DNA of 64,000 bases from the human T2T-CHM13v2.0 reference genome, Homo sapiens, in NCBI RefSeq assembly GCF_009914755.1, contig NC_060930.1. One strand, given 5' to 3'. The position numbers and the translations under genes were made by a program. Numbering within the stretch: the stretch's first letter is position 1; each line of letters opens with the position of its first letter. The notes beneath the pieces are model-generated. The model searched no databases. It was not told the origin of the DNA and saw nothing but the letters and a program-made list of their open reading frames with translations. This document shows, piece after piece, positions 60,342 through 64,000 of the stretch.

Positions 60342-62059
60342 GTAAAAAGGAAACACTGGTGGTGAATTTCTGGCAGCTGGGAATGAGATTTTGAGACTGG
60401 GTAGATACCCCTGAGCTTCCCTAATCATTCCACAGGTCTGTTCTCTTGTCTTATGCCCCGACAGAGAGAGATACAGTGAGGAAACACACTCCCCTTTTAG
60501 TACATAGCTCCAGCATGTATTCCCGTGAAAGAGGAACTAGGGACAGACAATCATGACCTAAACATCAGCTCAGGAAGCTGGACATGCCACCCCCAGTGTA
60601 GGCTAGGATCCCTGGCCTCCTGTCCTATTTCTGAGATCATCCTGTCACTTAGAAGAATTGAGTGTTCTGAAGGGACCTTGAGAAGACCATTTAATGAGGA
60701 AGGATTTGGCAGAAATGGAGACACTAGCAATAGCTTGTAGTCTATGGATGGCTTGAGTTCACGTCTTGGCCATAGTCATTCACAGGCCTTCGGACACCAA
60801 TTACTGCCACCCCCTTTCTCATAAACTCCTAGCACAGACAAACAGGCACCAGCAACAAAGGTTGTTTCAGAGGGTAGCAATGCTGTGTTATTAAACCACC
60901 CTTTCAGAACTTGGTGTCCTTCATCAGGTTTTTATCCCCTCATCTCCATGCCCTCTCTCATACTAAGTTGCTAATACTAAACACTCCCACACAAGACAGG
61001 ACGATCTAATTAGTGACCCACATAAAAACATGAACAATGCAAATGAAAAGTTAATATAATATGTTCTGAGTGTCACTTGAATGAACGATGTAGAGCAAGA
61101 GTGATGAGAAAGCAGCAGAGCAAATCAGGAACTGGGCTTTTGATAAACTTAAGAGCCAGGGAGATGAGCAGACTGAGAAACACGAGCGAGAAGGAGTCAT
61201 TCTAGTCACAAAAGTCAAGTAAACAGGAAGGATACGTGTACTTTTCAATTTTATTATCTCTGTTCTGGATTATCTGCAGGACTGCTCAGCTCTAAAGTAC
61301 CTAAAGCAACTACCAGAGTATTCATGACAGAAATGAGGGCTGTGACTTTTAAATGCTCTTAAGCCTTAATCTCATTTGGTTTTTTTTCAAGTACCTAATG
61401 ATCACAGAAGTCTTTATCAAAACTCAGTGGGGGCGGGGCACTGCTGCCACATTCTCCGGAGCAAAGGAATTAGCCAGTATTGCTTTCTTAGGCAATCCCC
61501 TACCCAGCAAAGACGTCCCACCTCCCTCTAGGATGGTCTCAGTGGGGCTTCTGGCAGTTGGCCTGCCATTTAGGGCTGAGGAGGAGGGAGGGCCTGGTCA
61601 GCCAGTCACCAAAGCACACGTTCTCATTAGAGTCAAGATTATCCCAGGTGGAGTGGGGCCTGGTTCTCAGTACTTCTCAACACCTAAGAAGCAATTCTCA
61701 GCTATTGTTTGTACACTGGGGGAATCTCAGGAAGTCACAGCTCACAGGCCTTATTTCTCATGTGTAAAATGAGTAGTGGGTCTGGAATCCTAATAAATCT
61801 AAATTCAATGTGAAGCTCTCAAAAAGACCAAACTCTCTGAGCTACAAAATAAAACTGATTTATGCTAACTTTGACTACTAAGTGATGGACTGAGCTCTGA
61901 TTATAGAATTTATCATAATTATATAATTTTTGCCAAGCCTAAAATAATAATTCTCACTTCTTAAAAACATTCCTCCAAGATGAAACAGATTGAAATTCAC
62001 TTTACTCGATCTCTCTCTCTATTTAGAAGAATAACTTCAATACTTAAGATAGATAACTC

Positions 62060-62220
62060 AGCCAAGGCATGGTGGCTCACACCTGTAATCCCAACACTTT
62101 GGGGTGCCGAGGTGGGAGGACTGCTTCAGCTCAGGACTTTGAAACCAGCCCGGGAAATATAGTGAGACCCGATCTGCATTGTGTAAATAAAAAAATTATT
62201 TATTAGAAAAAAGAGAAATT
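62060..62220 (+). mobile_element. FLAM/Alu left monomer
   Basis: gccaaggcatggtggctcacacctgtaatccc...atagtgagaccc, A-rich tail; TSD AGATAACTC. Confidence 0.85.
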
Positions 62221-62609
62221 AAGATAACTCGACTGTGACTACTCTGAAAGATGGTATCTGCGGGAATAGGCATATTTGACTATGAGAAAGAGACAAATTA
62301 ATTCTTTAACATATATTCTGAAGAAGCTGAAGATGTATATGCAGTAAGTATATCATTCTAAAGATACTTAAGTTTTTTTGGAATTTGGTAAAAATCAAAG
62401 AAAATCAGAGTTGACCGTAGCAAAATAAAATTATAGGTATGGAAGATCTTTTTGATGAACTGGAAATGTATCCCTTTAAGCACTAAAACTCAATTTTAAC
62501 TATTTTTGATACCCTTTTGAAACTTCATTATCCACTTTCCTGAGTTATTAAACAGCATATGGATCAATGCAATCTTGGCTTGATGGCTTTAGGTGGTGAC
62601 CAGTAACAG

Positions 62610-62860
62610 CAATAATCACAAGCAGCATTTGTTGTGTGCCCACTTCATGTCTGATACCATTCTAAGTGCTTTACTATCACATTTAAGCCTCAGGATCCAA
62701 CAAAGTGGGTACTATTAACCTCATTTTACAAATGAGGAAACTAAAGTTCTGAGAGATTAAGTAATTTGCAGACGGTCACAAAGCAAGAGAATGGTAGAGG
62801 CCAGATTCAGACCCACGTTATCTGAGTCCAGATCCACCCTTCTAACCACTACATTGCTTC
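62610..62860 (-). mobile_element. MIR SINE
   Basis: tctaagtgcttta...cattttacaaatgaggaaact...gagagattaagtaatttgc...ggccagattcagaccca...tctaaccact. Confidence 0.85.
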
Positions 62861-64000
62861 AAATGGATGGATCAGAGACAGGTAAGTGCATCCCAAAAGA
62901 GAATCGCCAGAACCTACTTGGGTGGAGAGAATTGCCCATAGATTGGTGTGATTTTTACATGTCTACTTTTAAAACAATCATCCTTTAGGTTAGCTGTCAT
63001 TCTTCTATTATCCATGGTGCAATATCAGAAGAGCACACACATTTATAATTTTAAAGCAGCCCTTCTAGTCATCACATGTCCCTTCTCTGGGTGATCCCCT
63101 TTCACCCTTTGTATATACAGTAACTCACTCTCTTCTTCTCTCCCTTCCTTCTTCTTCCCCACTTTTCCTCATAAAGAATGTTTAACTGAATGATTACAAA
63201 TGCCTGTGCTTCTTGGAGAGATCTTTATAAAGAAAACAAGATGTCCTATCAAGCTTTCCCCGGGTGTCTTTACAAAGAAGAAGATTTCTAAACCATGCCA
63301 CTGGTAAGATTTTTAAAAATTACTATAATTGACTTAAAAACTACTTTGATCCATCGTTGGCTGAAAAAAAAAAAAAGAAAAACCACCAACTTAGTATAAG
63401 GTCAAATTTATAATAATGCAGAATTGTATGTTTTCTGTACTCTCTATTAGGGTCTGCAAATAGTAAGCACGGATAATTTATACAATTCTTTGGGGTTTTA
63501 TTTAGGAGACAAACCATGTGGGAGACAATGCGCAACACTCACAGAAGACTGGGGCTTCCCTCTGCAACTCAACTCTGCCACTAGCTGGTGATGTGATTTC
63601 CAGAATGATCTTTGTGTCTTGGTTGCCTCTACTGTAAAATGAATGAGCTACCTCTCAGATCTCATTCAGATGCAATACCTTACGACTCGGAGCATACACT
63701 TAGTTTTAAAATCTGAGATTTAAAGTTATCATGGCATAATTTGCAGAGTTTGTGTAAAGGGCCTTTTAACAGATTGAGAGGTTGGGGGTGGGGATAAGAT
63801 ATAGTTCAATCACTGAACACCAAGCAAGGAACTAGGCTAAGAATACTGAGGGAAAAGTCAAGACTTATTTCCTCAAAGAGGGAATCTCTTCCCTAAACTA
63901 CCAAACAGGTATCTTGTTTATTATTTTCGTCTACTTGGCGGGGAGGTTGTTTTGCCACTCGTTTCACAGTATCTCTGGAGCCCACAGTGGCTGTTCCTAT

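Noticed and set aside
61353-61772. 139-aa ORF in a GC-richer patch
   Set aside because: No homology or splice context recognised; antisense to the host gene.

Overview
Primate (human-like) genomic DNA: AT-rich, CpG-poor and dense in Alu, MIR, L1, L2, LTR and DNA-transposon relics. The whole window lies inside one minus-strand gene, MAN1A1 (Golgi alpha-1,2-mannosidase IA, glycoside hydrolase family 47). Three short coding exons missed by the ORF track were found by manual translation: 27122-27218 (97 nt), 22204-22319 (116 nt) and 10889-10969 (81 nt). They have canonical GT-AG sites and splice in frame to [15 protein letters not shown]...DALDTL...[23 protein letters not shown]. From recall these are exons 3-5; the numbering cannot be verified here. 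The ORF-track entries appear to be chance or repeat-derived. Main observations: (1) the three exons total 294 nt, are phase 0 at both ends, begin with ATGATG and are bracketed by inverted Alus, so a back-spliced circle would carry a stop-free ORF (hypothesis); (2) a U6 snRNA/L1 chimeric retrocopy nested in an MLT1 LTR and split by an Alu; (3) an LTR18 inserted 3 bp inside a THE1D LTR with both TSDs readable; (4) an Alu with intact TSDs but a G-rich tract in place of its A-tail; (5) a tiny CpG-intact Alu fragment in an older Alu tail; (6) a candidate in-frame poison exon; (7) an AP-1/Maf motif cluster. No new biological system can be demonstrated from sequence alone. Repeat subfamily names are from memory of consensus sequences, and boundaries of old repeats are approximate.
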